Virus record (IMG/VR): IMGVR_UViG_3300033075_000331
Direction: 5' to 3' (one strand)
Length of the DNA stretch: 20,000 bases
Source of the DNA: an uncultured virus (IMG/VR IMGVR_UViG_3300033075_000331)
Taxonomy: Duplodnaviria; Heunggongvirae; Uroviricota; Caudoviricetes
Shown: positions 5,790-13,450 of the stretch, one piece after another
Layout of the letters: every line of letters begins with the position of its first letter
How positions within the stretch are numbered: the first letter of the stretch is position 1
Translations under genes and position numbers: made by a program
Notes under the pieces: model-generated
The model's input: the letters and a program-made list of their open reading frames with translations, nothing else
Told to the model about the DNA's origin: nothing
Databases searched by the model: none

Positions 5790-6689
5790 GTGAAAGGCTG
5801 AGACTATACCTTTCGTAGTTACCCGTTTGTTGGATTATGTAACCAGTTCCGCAACCGATTATTTCCCATCTTATCCAGAGACTCATGTCCCTCGGTAACC
5901 ATAGCGGCCTTTTTATACGAGTGGCTTGTCTCGTGTCGCACATAGTCTACTCGACGTTTCGCTTACCGTCAGCCTTGCGAGCTATGAAGAGGCGCTAACC
6001 TCACCGTGCAGTTTCACGTCAAACTCTTTTCCTCTTGGGGAGGAGTTGAGCACTCTATTCATCTTGCGATGTAGAGCATTACGCTATTTTTCAGCTATGT
6101 ACCGGAAGCGTCTTTCCAGTTTTTTTGTTGTCAATGATGGAATCGAACCACCAATCTATATCTTAGCATGAAATTGCCTTACCATTAGGCCAATCGACAG
6201 TCCTATGAATTCGTGCGCTTCCGCTTGGTCCACACTCTTTTGAAGTGCAGAATGCTAGACGAACTCTGCTGTATTTCCCTTGCGGGTACTTTACCGAATT
6301 TTGCGACACAAGCAACCCTTCTATTTTGGCGGGCACCCGTACCACTCATTCTGTCACTCCACCCTCGATTGCAGTCTCGGATGTAGCAACTACCTCTTTA
6401 ATTACTCCGTCGTATTTTGGTTTGATTGGACCCCGGCACCACCCGTCAGTGTTCATGCTCCCGTGTTACCCTGTAGAGGGCACGTAAGAACATGTTTTTT
6501 CCAGTCAAATACTTCCGGCCTATATCCTATGCTTCCATAGAATCGGTGTCTTTGGAACACCATTATGAGGCTTGCTTGGATTGACCATATCTTGCGATGT
6601 GGCGACTCGCTATAGGTGGCGAGCCTTTATGCATGTTACCATGCACTGTCCGTTCCAAGCAACGTTTCATTCAATTGTGAATCAGCAAC
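5790..6689 (-). ncRNA. large ornate ncRNA, probably GOLLD, with an embedded tRNA-like module
   Basis: ~900 nt without a credible ORF, directly behind a promoter; many helices (TTGCTTGGA/TCCAAGCAA, TGCATG-GTAA-CATGCA, CATC-GCAA-GAT twice, CCC-GCAA-GGG, CGAGT/ACTCG, terminal GAAAGG-TATAGTCTCAG-CCTTTC). Size, tRNA-array setting and internal tRNA match descriptions of GOLLD; not confirmed by covariance model. Confidence 0.7.
6128..6199 (-). tRNA. tRNA-like element (GCT anticodon, short variable loop) inside the GOLLD-like RNA
   Basis: TGTCGAT/ATTGACA+A, D arm GCCT-AATGGTA-AGGC, weak anticodon stem ATTTC/GATAT with loop AT-GCT-AA, T arm GGTGG-TTCGATT-CCATC. Confidence 0.65.
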
Positions 6690-6695
6690 TTCTGT

Positions 6696-6724
6696 ATCTT
6701 ACTCGACTGACCAGCGTTTGTCAA
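6696..6724 (-). promoter_or_regulatory. sigma70-type promoter of the GOLLD-like RNA
   Basis: TTGACA(6724-6719)-N17-TAAGAT(6701-6696); the first T is the discriminator of tRNA-Thr(TGT). Confidence 0.7.
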
Positions 6725-6795
6725 GCCCTGTCCCGGTAACGATCCGAGTTCTCAACTTTACAAGAGTTGTGCATCACCGTTAATGCTTACAGGGC
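6724..6795 (-). tRNA. tRNA-Thr(TGT)
   Basis: GCCCTGT/ACAGGGC+U, anticodon arm CAACT-CTTGTAA-AGTTG, variant T-loop ATCGTTA. Confidence 0.85.
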
Positions 6796-6799
6796 AAAG

Positions 6800-7228
6800 T
6801 TAATGCGATTTACCAGAATGATATCTGTTCATTCTATCCCAACGTCCATTTCCTTTATTTAATGCTTTGTATGTAGGAGTCAAACTATGACAGTTTGGAC
6901 AAAGCAGTTGTAAATTGTCTAATGAGTTGTTGTTAGAATTTCCATCAATATGTTCCAACTCAATCGGTATTTTACCCGACGTTGGATTTCGTTCTCCCCA
7001 CCCACACTTCATACATTGTTCACCAAACGTTTGTACCAAGTATTTCTTGTATTGGCTTACATATAGAGAAGTATCACCCGCATGAATTTTCTTAAATGCT
7101 AATTGTCGTCTACGATCTACCTGCGCCAATGCTCCACAGGATCGTGAACAGTATTTACCTCTATAGCACGTCGAAAATTCTATCTTACAACGCAAACATT
7201 GCTTGCGTTGTACCTTAGTTTTGCTCAT
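6800..7228 (-). CDS. HNH endonuclease
   Basis: CLRC...YCSRSC, CMKCG, ELEHIDGNSNNNSLDNLQLLCPNCHS; likely start MSKTK at 7228, 1 nt after tRNA-Gly. Confidence 0.9.
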   Translation of the reverse strand: MSKTKVQRKQCLRCKIEFSTCYRGKYCSRSCGALAQVDRRRQLAFKKIHAGDTSLYVSQYKKYLVQTFGEQCMKCGWGERNPTSGKIPIELEHIDGNSNNNSLDNLQLLCPNCHSLTPTYKALNKGNGRWDRMNRYHSGKSH

Positions 7229-7229
7229 A

Positions 7230-7301
7230 AGCACCAGACGGGGATCGAACCCGTGACATCAACTTTGGCAAAGTTGCATTCTACCGCTGAATTACTGGTG
7301 C
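7230..7301 (-). tRNA. tRNA-Gly(GCC)
   Basis: GCACCAG/CTGGTGC+U73, anticodon arm CAACT-TTGCCAA-AGTTG, T arm ACGGG-TTCGATC-CCCGT. Confidence 0.92.
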
Positions 7302-7332
7302 GTTGTGAATGTTAGACGATCAACACTCCTAG

Positions 7333-7378
7333 AAGATACATAATGGCCCACCCATTGTCAAGGGGGGTGGGCCATTAT
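7333..7378 (-). promoter_or_regulatory. sigma70-type promoter overlapping a 14 bp inverted repeat
   Basis: TTGACA(7361-7356)-N17-TATCTT(7338-7333) with an extended TG; ATAATGGCCCACCC/GGGTGGGCCATTAT (7340-7378) holds the -35 box in its loop. Confidence 0.72.
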
Positions 7379-7401
7379 TCATAAGTATACTGGTTTTCGA
7401 A

Positions 7402-9249
7402 TTATCGACCAGTCCACTTCAAATAATCAAAACTCCACCGATAGTTCTGACTGTACTGCTTTCCACCACCCAAGTATCCAGTATTGACCCCGGAAGTGAA
7501 GATTTCGTCACCCCATGTGCGATATTTTTCGTCGCCCGTCATGAAGAACACCCAACCGTAGACCGGAACGATGAGGTTATTCAAGTCAGGCGTTGGCTGC
7601 ATACCACCCGTTGAGACCACGCGATCTGTGTAACGGAATGCCTTCGTAGTCGCATCCCATCCATGAGCCATCATCCAATCTGCCCCTTGCTGCACGTACC
7701 ACAAGACACGAGGATCGCCCGTAACAGTGTGATACTTGATCAAGGCTTCTGCGGTCAAGGCAAACATAAAAGGACGTACAAAGTCTGCCGTTTGTGACAA
7801 TGCCCATTGATCGATGTGACCCAAGGCAATATCCACATAATCCGCCAATTTTGGATTTCGTGGTGCTCCCAACAATTCTGCTTCCAACATTGCACTAATT
7901 TGGTATGCGACTTCACGGCTATAATCCTGTGGAATTACGTACGTGAGGATTGGAGGACGGACCAAGGACAATGCAGCGGACTTTGCAGCGGGATCACCTG
8001 TGCGTTCGAACTCCATGCGTAGCCCTTGAGCAAATACTCGCCACAACGGAATTTGACCATTGTTCGAAGATACATACGGCAAATACATTGCTTTTACATT
8101 ATCAGAACATGCATAATAGGACGCGTCATTTAGGTACTTCGCAATATTGTGATATACCCGAATTCCATCGTAATACCAAACGCCAGTTTCTGCCCCCGGA
8201 CTCAATGCCTGAGCACAGTACGTTTTACCAAACGACTTCATGTCAGATTCCCATCGAGTCTTAGCTGGTAGAGGGGGCGCAGAAGCCGCTACAACAGCCG
8301 TAGGCGTCACAACGGGCATCACGACGACTGGCACATCCAACGTCTTTACTTCGCCTGTCCCACGGTCCTTAGCGGTCAATGTGATGGTATATGACCCTAC
8401 TGGTGTAGTGGTTGAGGTAGAAATCTTGTACGCTACGTCTTGGTTTCCCTGATATGCATAATCCTGTGTTGCGCTTTGAATGCAGCATCCACCATCTGCC
8501 CATTTCCATGTGACACCGGGAATTGCGTTGGTGACCGTAACATCTACGTGGGCCGTTGACGTGCCGTTATTTACCGTGACGTCACCAAACAATGCCGATC
8601 CAGCCATTACACGACGAGGTTGCGTACCTTTAAAAGACAAGCGCAAATTTCCCGTTGGTGTAGGAGTCGGTGTAGGAGTAACGGTCGTATCCGGATTTGG
8701 GGTCGGTGGAGGCGTGACTACAGTATCCGGATTTGGGGTAGGAGTCGGTGGGGTTCCTGCGGTCACAGTGACAGGTACAGTTACCGTAGCAGTACCATAA
8801 GTCAATGTGATAGTTGCAGTTCCAGCTTTCTTTGGAGTATGAAGCTCATACTTACGCTGCGACTTTCCCCATGCCACCGATAGCAATGTTGAATCAGAAA
8901 TTGTCAATTTTGCCGAATCGGAAACAACTTTACCATCCGTCGTGACCGAAACTCCCAAGACAGCACTTGTCAATGGAGAAATTGTCAAATTGACAGCAGA
9001 TAGTGATGGTACAACCTTAGTAACAGGCACCGCCACTACACTATCTTTACACGTGGCAGCAATAGAATCAATTCGATTAGCAAAACGACGCACAACAGTC
9101 TTTCGCGGCGCTGCGTTTACACGATTTGTTTCTGCACGAAGTGAATCGGTTGTTGGTCTAATTTTTGGTGCACAAACAGCCTGTGCATCAGCTATACTTG
9201 CAAAAGCTGTTGTAACAATCAACGTCGCAAGATAAAATACGTTCTTCAT
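7402..9249 (-). CDS. secreted modular protein: signal peptide, Ig-like domains, Pro/Thr linker, C-terminal helical domain resembling six-hairpin glycosidase/epimerase folds
   Basis: MKNVFYLATLIVTTAFASIADA signal-like start at 9249; T/V-rich beta segments; PTPTPNPDT repeats; YHTVTGDPR and FFMTGDEKYRTW repeats typical of (alpha/alpha)6 barrels. The fold is an inference. Confidence 0.65.
   Translation of the reverse strand: MKNVFYLATLIVTTAFASIADAQAVCAPKIRPTTDSLRAETNRVNAAPRKTVVRRFANRIDSIAATCKDSVVAVPVTKVVPSLSAVNLTISPLTSAVLGVSVTTDGKVVSDSAKLTISDSTLLSVAWGKSQRKYELHTPKKAGTATITLTYGTATVTVPVTVTAGTPPTPTPNPDTVVTPPPTPNPDTTVTPTPTPTPTGNLRLSFKGTQPRRVMAGSALFGDVTVNNGTSTAHVDVTVTNAIPGVTWKWADGGCCIQSATQDYAYQGNQDVAYKISTSTTTPVGSYTITLTAKDRGTGEVKTLDVPVVVMPVVTPTAVVAASAPPLPAKTRWESDMKSFGKTYCAQALSPGAETGVWYYDGIRVYHNIAKYLNDASYYACSDNVKAMYLPYVSSNNGQIPLWRVFAQGLRMEFERTGDPAAKSAALSLVRPPILTYVIPQDYSREVAYQISAMLEAELLGAPRNPKLADYVDIALGHIDQWALSQTADFVRPFMFALTAEALIKYHTVTGDPRVLWYVQQGADWMMAHGWDATTKAFRYTDRVVSTGGMQPTPDLNNLIVPVYGWVFFMTGDEKYRTWGDEIFTSGVNTGYLGGGKQYSQNYRWSFDYLKWTGR
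8653..8757 (-). repeat. coding Pro/Thr tandem repeat linker
   Basis: TPPTPTPNPDTVVTPPPTPNPDTTVTPTPTPTPT; duplicated gtatccggatttggggt and ggtgtaggagt on the plus strand. Confidence 0.8.
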
Positions 9250-9290
9250 GAAATATCTCGTAGTGGTGGGTACAAACATAAATAGTCACG

Positions 9291-9343
9291 ACATAAGGCG
9301 CACTCCTAATCTAGAACCTAGATATAAGGAGTGCGCCTTATGT
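9291..9343. repeat. long inverted repeat (hairpin; possible terminator or processing site)
   Basis: ACATAAGGCGCACTCCT/AGGAGTGCGCCTTATGT, 17 bp perfect, with inner ATCTAG-AAC-CTAGAT. Confidence 0.8.
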
Positions 9344-9356
9344 GTTAACGTTCTAA

Positions 9357-9632
9357 TTAGCCCCAAGGGAATCGAACCCCTATTCATTGATCCACATACC
9401 ACTATAGCTTTCGCTACCGAATTTTCGTTTGTGGTCTGGACTATATCTTGATCTTTGATTTCTCAATCAGACCTGTCCCGTTTAGTCTCTACACCATTTA
9501 TCTTTTCAGACTTTTGGCTCGGTATTGCCATTTTACAGGGTTCACCGAATTTGGGACAATTCAATCACAATATTTCTATTGTGTTGCTCCGGTTAGTTAA
9601 AGTCAATTGTCTTACCGTTAGACGAGGGGCCA
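9357..9632 (-). tRNA. tRNA-Gln(TTG) interrupted by a group I intron (exons 9632-9600 and 9394-9357)
   Basis: TGGCCCC/GGGGCTA+A, D arm GTCT/AGAC, spliced anticodon arm ATTGA-CTT|TGGA-TCAAT, T arm AGGGG-TTCGATT-CCCTT. Confidence 0.85.
9395..9599 (-). mobile_element. group I self-splicing intron (205 nt, no ORF)
   Basis: Core R/S elements GTAGAGACTAAACGG and AAGATATAGTCC (P7), P3 TGTCCC/GGGACA, TCGGT/ACCGA, guide GGAG pairing with exon CTT, terminal G at 9395. Confidence 0.88.
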
Positions 9633-9735
9633 TCATTACCATTTGTTTGAATTCTATATGGTGAAGAATTTCTTGCGATCTGCATTTAAAGTGTAACTTC
9701 TTGCCTATGTTACCGCCCTAAACCAGTGCTTACTA

Positions 9736-9807
9736 AGCGCATGAGCGGATTCGAGCCGCTGACTCAAGCTTGGAAGGCTAGCATGTTTCCGACTACACCA
9801 CACGCGC
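9736..9807 (-). tRNA. tRNA-Gly(TCC)
   Basis: GCGCGTG/CATGCGC+U, loop CT-TCC-AA, T arm AGCGG-CTCGAAT-CCGCT. Confidence 0.85.
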
Positions 9808-9808
9808 A

Positions 9809-9891
9809 TTGAGCCTAGAATTAATTTGCACAGTTTTAAGCGTTGCTGACCGCTGACGTTCTTTCGACTCGATCAACTGTACTAGGCTCAA
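9809..9891 (-). ncRNA. small unclassified structured RNA (~83 nt)
   Basis: TTGAGCCTAG/CTAGGCTCAA closing helix, TACAGTT/AACTGTG, branches TC-GAAA-GA and AGCG/CGCT; lies between two tRNAs. Confidence 0.45.
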
Positions 9892-9936
9892 CCCCAATAA
9901 GACCATCTATGAGGCAGTTTGTGATCTATCGAAAAG

Positions 9937-10019
9937 TGCTCAAGGCGAGACTCGAACTCGCAATCCCTAGTGAGAAACAGTTTTTGAGACTGTCGTGTAT
10001 ACCATTCCACCACTTGAGC
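9937..10019 (-). tRNA. tRNA-Leu(CAA)
   Basis: GCTCAAG/CTTGAGC+A, ACAGT-CTCAAAA-ACTGT, long variable arm. Confidence 0.92.
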
Positions 10020-10096
10020 GTAAAGTCATTCTCGTTGGTCACGCAGTCGAACAACTAACTACTCTGCGGCCTTTCGGCTATGTTCTTATATAAGTA

Positions 10097-10273
10097 TCAC
10101 AGGATGCGATAAACCACCACGATTTTATCATAACCTCCATAACAATAATGATACTTGACGTCTATTACATCGGTTTCTCGAAGTGTCCTCAAAAATTCAT
10201 TAGCTTTATCAATTCCTAAATCCCGCTTGTCATTATTGTGTGTATCTCTGAACGTCTTGATTTGGATTTTCAT
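10097..10273 (-). CDS. small protein resembling Cse60/DUF2758 family (58 aa)
   Basis: Manual translation MKIQIKTFRDTHNNDKRDLGIDKANEFLRTLRETDVIDVKYHYCYGGYDKIVVVYRIL; the NEFL...VIDVKY...VVVY pattern is recalled from that family. Below the ORF-track cutoff. Confidence 0.6.
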   Translation of the reverse strand: MKIQIKTFRDTHNNDKRDLGIDKANEFLRTLRETDVIDVKYHYCYGGYDKIVVVYRIL

Positions 10274-10274
10274 A

Positions 10275-10347
10275 TATCCTTGCTGAGATTCGAACTCAAT
10301 TTTACAGTTTAGGAAACTATCGTGTTGTCCAATTACACTACAAGGAC
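10275..10347 (-). tRNA. tRNA-Arg(CCT)
   Basis: GTCCTTG/CAAGGAT+A, ATAGT-TTCCTAA-ACTGT, T-loop TTCGAAT. Confidence 0.85.
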
Positions 10348-10353
10348 ATTTTG

Positions 10354-10424
10354 ATAAGATACCGGAGAATCAAACCCGGACCACCACCCTCAACGTGGGT
10401 ATTCTATCATTGAACTATATCTTA
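10354..10424 (-). pseudogene. degenerate tRNA-like element (GTT in loop)
   Basis: TAAGATA/TATCTTA, D arm GTTC/GAAT, 4 bp anticodon stem ACCC/GGGT, bulged T arm with TTTGATT. Confidence 0.55.
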
Positions 10425-10430
10425 TCTATA

Positions 10431-10516
10431 TGCGCTTGACAGGAGTCGAACCTGCACATCAATCATACGATACAACCTTCTCAAAGTTGCGTGTCTACCA
10501 GTTTCACCACAAGCGC
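10431..10516 (-). tRNA. tRNA-Leu(GAG)
   Basis: GCGCTTG/CAAGCGC+A, CAACT-TTGAGAA-GGTTG, long variable arm. Confidence 0.9.
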
Positions 10517-10586
10517 GTGGATGAGTAATAAATCTTCCGGTATGGGAGAGTTTTGTGTCATACCAAATGAAAACTCATCACTCAAG

Positions 10587-10667
10587 TGCTCTCTGCGAGA
10601 CTCGAACTCGCAAGCCCGAAGGCGGCAAATTTTAAGTTTGCTATGTAGACCATTCCATCAAGAGAGC
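10587..10667 (-). tRNA. tRNA-Leu(TAA)
   Basis: GCTCTCT/AGAGAGC+A, GCAAA-CTTAAAA-TTTGC, variable arm GCC-TTCG-GGC. Confidence 0.92.
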
Positions 10668-10687
10668 ATATTAACGTTTTCCGCCTA

Positions 10688-10762
10688 TACCCACGAAGAG
10701 ATTCGAACTCTTACTGTTGAGCTTCTAAGACTCATGTCTCCTGCCAGTTGGACTACGTGGGC
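10688..10762 (-). tRNA. tRNA-Leu(TAG) with short variable loop
   Basis: GCCCACG/CGTGGGT+A, TGAGT-CTTAGAA-GCTCA, variable loop only ACAGT. Confidence 0.85.
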
Positions 10763-10809
10763 GCTGTGTGAGGACTTTGGTATCGGTGCCTCACTAACCG
10801 ACACCCATA

Positions 10810-10838
10810 AGTATAGTCGATGGGTGCTTTCTTGTCAA
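10810..10838 (-). promoter_or_regulatory. sigma70-type promoter for the Leu/Arg tRNA cluster
   Basis: TTGACA(10838-10833)-N17-TATACT(10815-10810); the -10 box lies in the loop of CACCCAT/ATGGGTG. Confidence 0.75.
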
Positions 10839-10845
10839 GCCCTAC

Positions 10846-11109
10846 TTACGCAGTGGCCTTCCATTCCGTGACCAAACGGCCCTTGGCAACCGGGCGGGAC
10901 GATGGGCGACGACCGACCGATTCGAACGTTGGGGACGCTAGAACGGTACGGATGAAGCTCAAACGCTCATCCTGCGAAGCGGCATTGGTCAGCGTGCGAT
11001 CCAAGAAACGCTGTGCATCGTCAGCCGTAACAACACGCGTTGAACGGGTGCGGCTAAGGCGACGGAGGTACGACGTGAGTTTGTTGACGACAGATTCGCG
11101 ATATGACAT
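10846..11109 (-). CDS. basic hypothetical protein (87 aa)
   Basis: ORF track; AAGGG RBS-like sequence; Arg-rich. Confidence 0.7.
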   Translation of the reverse strand: MSYRESVVNKLTSYLRRLSRTRSTRVVTADDAQRFLDRTLTNAASQDERLSFIRTVLASPTFESVGRRPSSRPVAKGRLVTEWKATA

Positions 11110-11152
11110 ATGATACCCTTTGAGGTTGGTGGGATTGCTCCCTATTCAATAG

Positions 11153-11413
11153 CTAGACGACGATGCGCGGAACAAGGTAACACCAATCTTCCCACGACAC
11201 TGTAATAGGCTTGACTACAAATTCTTCATTGACGAGTGGATGGCGCCACCGTGTGAGAGCCTGAAAATGCAACTTGAGTGCTGCTGTTGCTCTTCCCTCA
11301 GTATCATATGTTTGTGTTGGTTCATCTGTCCAACGAGCGCCCGTAAATTTTCCACGTCCCTTGAATTGTTTGCGCTGAGTATTGTAAATGGCGTAAAATG
11401 TTTTAGTGATCAT
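11153..11413 (-). CDS. hypothetical protein (86 aa)
   Basis: ORF track; short overlap with the upstream ORF. Confidence 0.6.
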   Translation of the reverse strand: MITKTFYAIYNTQRKQFKGRGKFTGARWTDEPTQTYDTEGRATAALKLHFQALTRWRHPLVNEEFVVKPITVSWEDWCYLVPRIVV

Positions 11414-11609
11414 TTATCAAGCACTCGTCAATTTCAAAGTGGCAATACGATCCCGCATATCCCGGTCCTCGATTACGGTCAGAAGGGGGGTCAATTGAAT
11501 ATGCCAATATCGTCAAATCTTCGTCTGTGGGTCGATGATTAAAAACTGATGGAGTGATGCGATCCCCACTCTCAGTTTTACCAGAAACTACATATACTAT
11601 TTGTGACAT
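11403..11609 (-). CDS. hypothetical protein (68 aa)
   Basis: ORF track; coding-strand packing. Confidence 0.6.
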   Translation of the reverse strand: MSQIVYVVSGKTESGDRITPSVFNHRPTDEDLTILAYSIDPPSDRNRGPGYAGSYCHFEIDECLINDH

Positions 11610-11653
11610 ATTCGTAACTGATTAGGTTCAATAGGTTGATCATACATCCAATG

Positions 11654-12139
11654 TCATTTATTGGAATTTCTTCCTGCGAATGTCTTCGTTTGACTATGAC
11701 AATTTGGACACAATAATCTCAAATTAGTTTGTAAATTGTTTTTTCTATTGCCATCGCGGTGATCAATTTGCAATTGAAGAAATTGACCATTCCATTCATT
11801 TGTTAATTTACAGATACTACACGTATCCCCCAATGTTTTCGTTTTTCGAATAATTCTCTTATCTGCTGCGGTTAGCTCAGTATCTTTAGAAAAGATATCT
11901 TCTATGGGTTTATGTGTACACTTGAAATTTCGATAAGCATTAGATGCTAACCCGAGGGGGATATGTGAAATATCTATGTTTTCTTCGGCAATTCGTTTTC
12001 TTAATGTTATATAGTTTGCCGCCCCAACATGTAAATTAAAAAAACGAAGAATATCTGCGAGGCTTTTTGAATTATTTACAACGGTGGCAAACTCTACACT
12101 AGAAATCGACCATATTTTACTTCGACGACGTAGATTCAT
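11654..12139 (-). CDS. HNH endonuclease
   Basis: CSICKL...LQLQIDHRDGNRKNNLQTNLRLLCPNCHSQT; N-terminal SKSLADILRFF helix-turn-helix-like part; AT-rich relative to its neighbours. Confidence 0.9.
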   Translation of the reverse strand: MNLRRRSKIWSISSVEFATVVNNSKSLADILRFFNLHVGAANYITLRKRIAEENIDISHIPLGLASNAYRNFKCTHKPIEDIFSKDTELTAADKRIIRKTKTLGDTCSICKLTNEWNGQFLQLQIDHRDGNRKNNLQTNLRLLCPNCHSQTKTFAGRNSNK

Positions 12140-12193
12140 AAAATGAAAAGTTAAGGATACACATATACGTATGCACCTCCTTAACTTTTAAGA

Positions 12194-12265
12194 TACCCCA
12201 TGAGAGTTCCGACCTCTCTTCTGGACCTTGAAAGAGTCCTGTCCTAGCCAGTAGACGAATGGGGC
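12194..12265 (-). tRNA. tRNA-Glu(TTC)
   Basis: GCCCCAT/ATGGGGT+A, GGACT-CTTTCAA-GGTCC, variant T-loop GTCGGAA. Confidence 0.85.
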
Positions 12266-12287
12266 GTAATTATGTTTATGATATAAA

Positions 12288-12362
12288 TAGCAGTGACGGG
12301 ATTCGAACCCGCATTCTCGTGATTGAGAATCACAACTCCTAGTCCAGTTGGAGGACACTGCC
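12288..12362 (-). tRNA. tRNA-Glu(CTC)
   Basis: GGCAGTG/CACTGCT+A, TGTGA-TTCTCAA-TCACG, T arm GCGGG-TTCGAAT-CCCGT. Confidence 0.88.
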
Positions 12363-12366
12363 ATTG

Positions 12367-12654
12367 CTATTCCGGCCTATCATCGGTCAGAACGTATCCA
12401 AACCCATCGTGCCACTTGTACCAAATTTCTATTTCCAACTCGTTATTTGCCATTACAGTATTTGCCCGGACGCCGTTTATAATGGCCCACGTATAAGCAC
12501 CGCTAAAAGCAAAATCATCAACGTTATTTTCAACTATTGCGCTCGCGATGTCTAACGACGTACAGATAGCCGGATGGAAAAGCTCATTAACATATTTTCC
12601 ATCCGGTCTGGCCGTGATTGTATAAATCGTGTCTATTTCGCGTACAGATTCCAT
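12367..12654 (-). CDS. hypothetical protein (95 aa)
   Basis: ORF track; ends 4 nt before tRNA-Glu(CTC). Confidence 0.65.
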   Translation of the reverse strand: MESVREIDTIYTITARPDGKYVNELFHPAICTSLDIASAIVENNVDDFAFSGAYTWAIINGVRANTVMANNELEIEIWYKWHDGFGYVLTDDRPE

Positions 12655-12950
12655 AACGCGTTTTCTTCCTCGATGGTTTCACATGCACACAACGCGTCAA
12701 TAAATCCATTCGGACTGACGCCGGGCGGTAATGTGACGATATTCTTGAACCCATTTTCATGAGTAACGATAGAATCTTCGGCACGCACAGAACCGCCCTT
12801 GTCTTTGGTCGTCTTTACACCATCACCAGAGATTCCACCATTCTTGAAAATGTCGCCGTTGATTTTCTGGTCTCGATCCGCAATAGGTTCGACTAGAAAT
12901 TTGCGGCCAGATTTTGTCTTGACCCAATAACGACCTGTGTTTTCACTCAT
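12633..12950 (-). CDS. phage hypothetical protein (105 aa, start MSENTGRY)
   Basis: GAGGGA RBS before ATG at 12950; protein-like motifs TGRYWVKTKSGRKFLVEPI and GSV...SIVT.ENGFKNIVTLPPGVSP. Confidence 0.72.
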   Translation of the reverse strand: MSENTGRYWVKTKSGRKFLVEPIADRDQKINGDIFKNGGISGDGVKTTKDKGGSVRAEDSIVTHENGFKNIVTLPPGVSPNGFIDALCACETIEEENALWNLYAK

Positions 12951-12972
12951 GATGGAATCCCTCGTGTTAATA

Positions 12973-13449
12973 TTACAGTTGCTTCGTGGTGCGTGCGAAT
13001 TGATAGTCCCTACCCGTCTGTACTGCCCACAGATGCTTCGCCTGTCCTCGGGTGACGTTGACATAGAGACGACGATCCCCGCCAGAGGTATCACAGACCT
13101 CATAGTTGCTAGGAACGTTGTCAGGATTCACCTTTGCAGGAGCAAGTGGCGTGACAGCGGGCAGCGTGTGTGCGATAAGAGGAACCGGACCAGCGACAAC
13201 CGTAACCGTGGCAACGGGCGCATTCACCAGATAATACACACGATACTGACCATTATCATCGCGATAGGCAACATCCCCGTCCTTTTGCGTGACGTCGAGC
13301 ATGAATTCCCGAACCTGATCCTGCGTGGCCCAAAATCCCTTCTTCCTAAGAGCTTCCTTGACGTCCAGCGTGGTAGTTTCGCCATTGAGCACCATGAGCG
13401 CATGGGCAACAGCACGAACATCGTTGCGAGTGAGTGTGAGCTTTGACAT
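12973..13449 (-). CDS. hypothetical protein (158 aa, start MSKLTLTR)
   Basis: GAGG RBS, ATG 1 nt after the PARP stop; TTTLDVKEALRKKGFWATQDQVREFM suggests a winged-helix-like N-terminus. Confidence 0.72.
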   Translation of the reverse strand: MSKLTLTRNDVRAVAHALMVLNGETTTLDVKEALRKKGFWATQDQVREFMLDVTQKDGDVAYRDDNGQYRVYYLVNAPVATVTVVAGPVPLIAHTLPAVTPLAPAKVNPDNVPSNYEVCDTSGGDRRLYVNVTRGQAKHLWAVQTGRDYQFARTTKQL

Positions 13450-13450
13450 G

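Noticed and set aside
5790..5820. Second group I intron suggested by GGTATAGTC (S-like element)
   Set aside because: No matching R element or flanking exons found; it fits better as the terminal hairpin of the large ncRNA.
6128..6199. Amber suppressor tRNA (CTA seen in the anticodon loop) and genome recoding
   Set aside because: The stem register centres the loop on GCT, not CTA. TAG is used as a normal stop in several ORFs and long genes are not interrupted.
5761..6540. Short ORFs inside the large non-coding region (5761..5943, 5926..6171, 6163..6345, 6245..6487, 6280..6540)
   Set aside because: No RBS or protein-like composition; they overlap a tRNA-like element and dense RNA helices.
10520..10579. 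Small hairpin RNA between Leu tRNAs (GATGAGT/ACTCATC, GGTATG/CATACC)
   Set aside because: The pairing is real but short, and could be spacer structure; too little evidence to call a gene.
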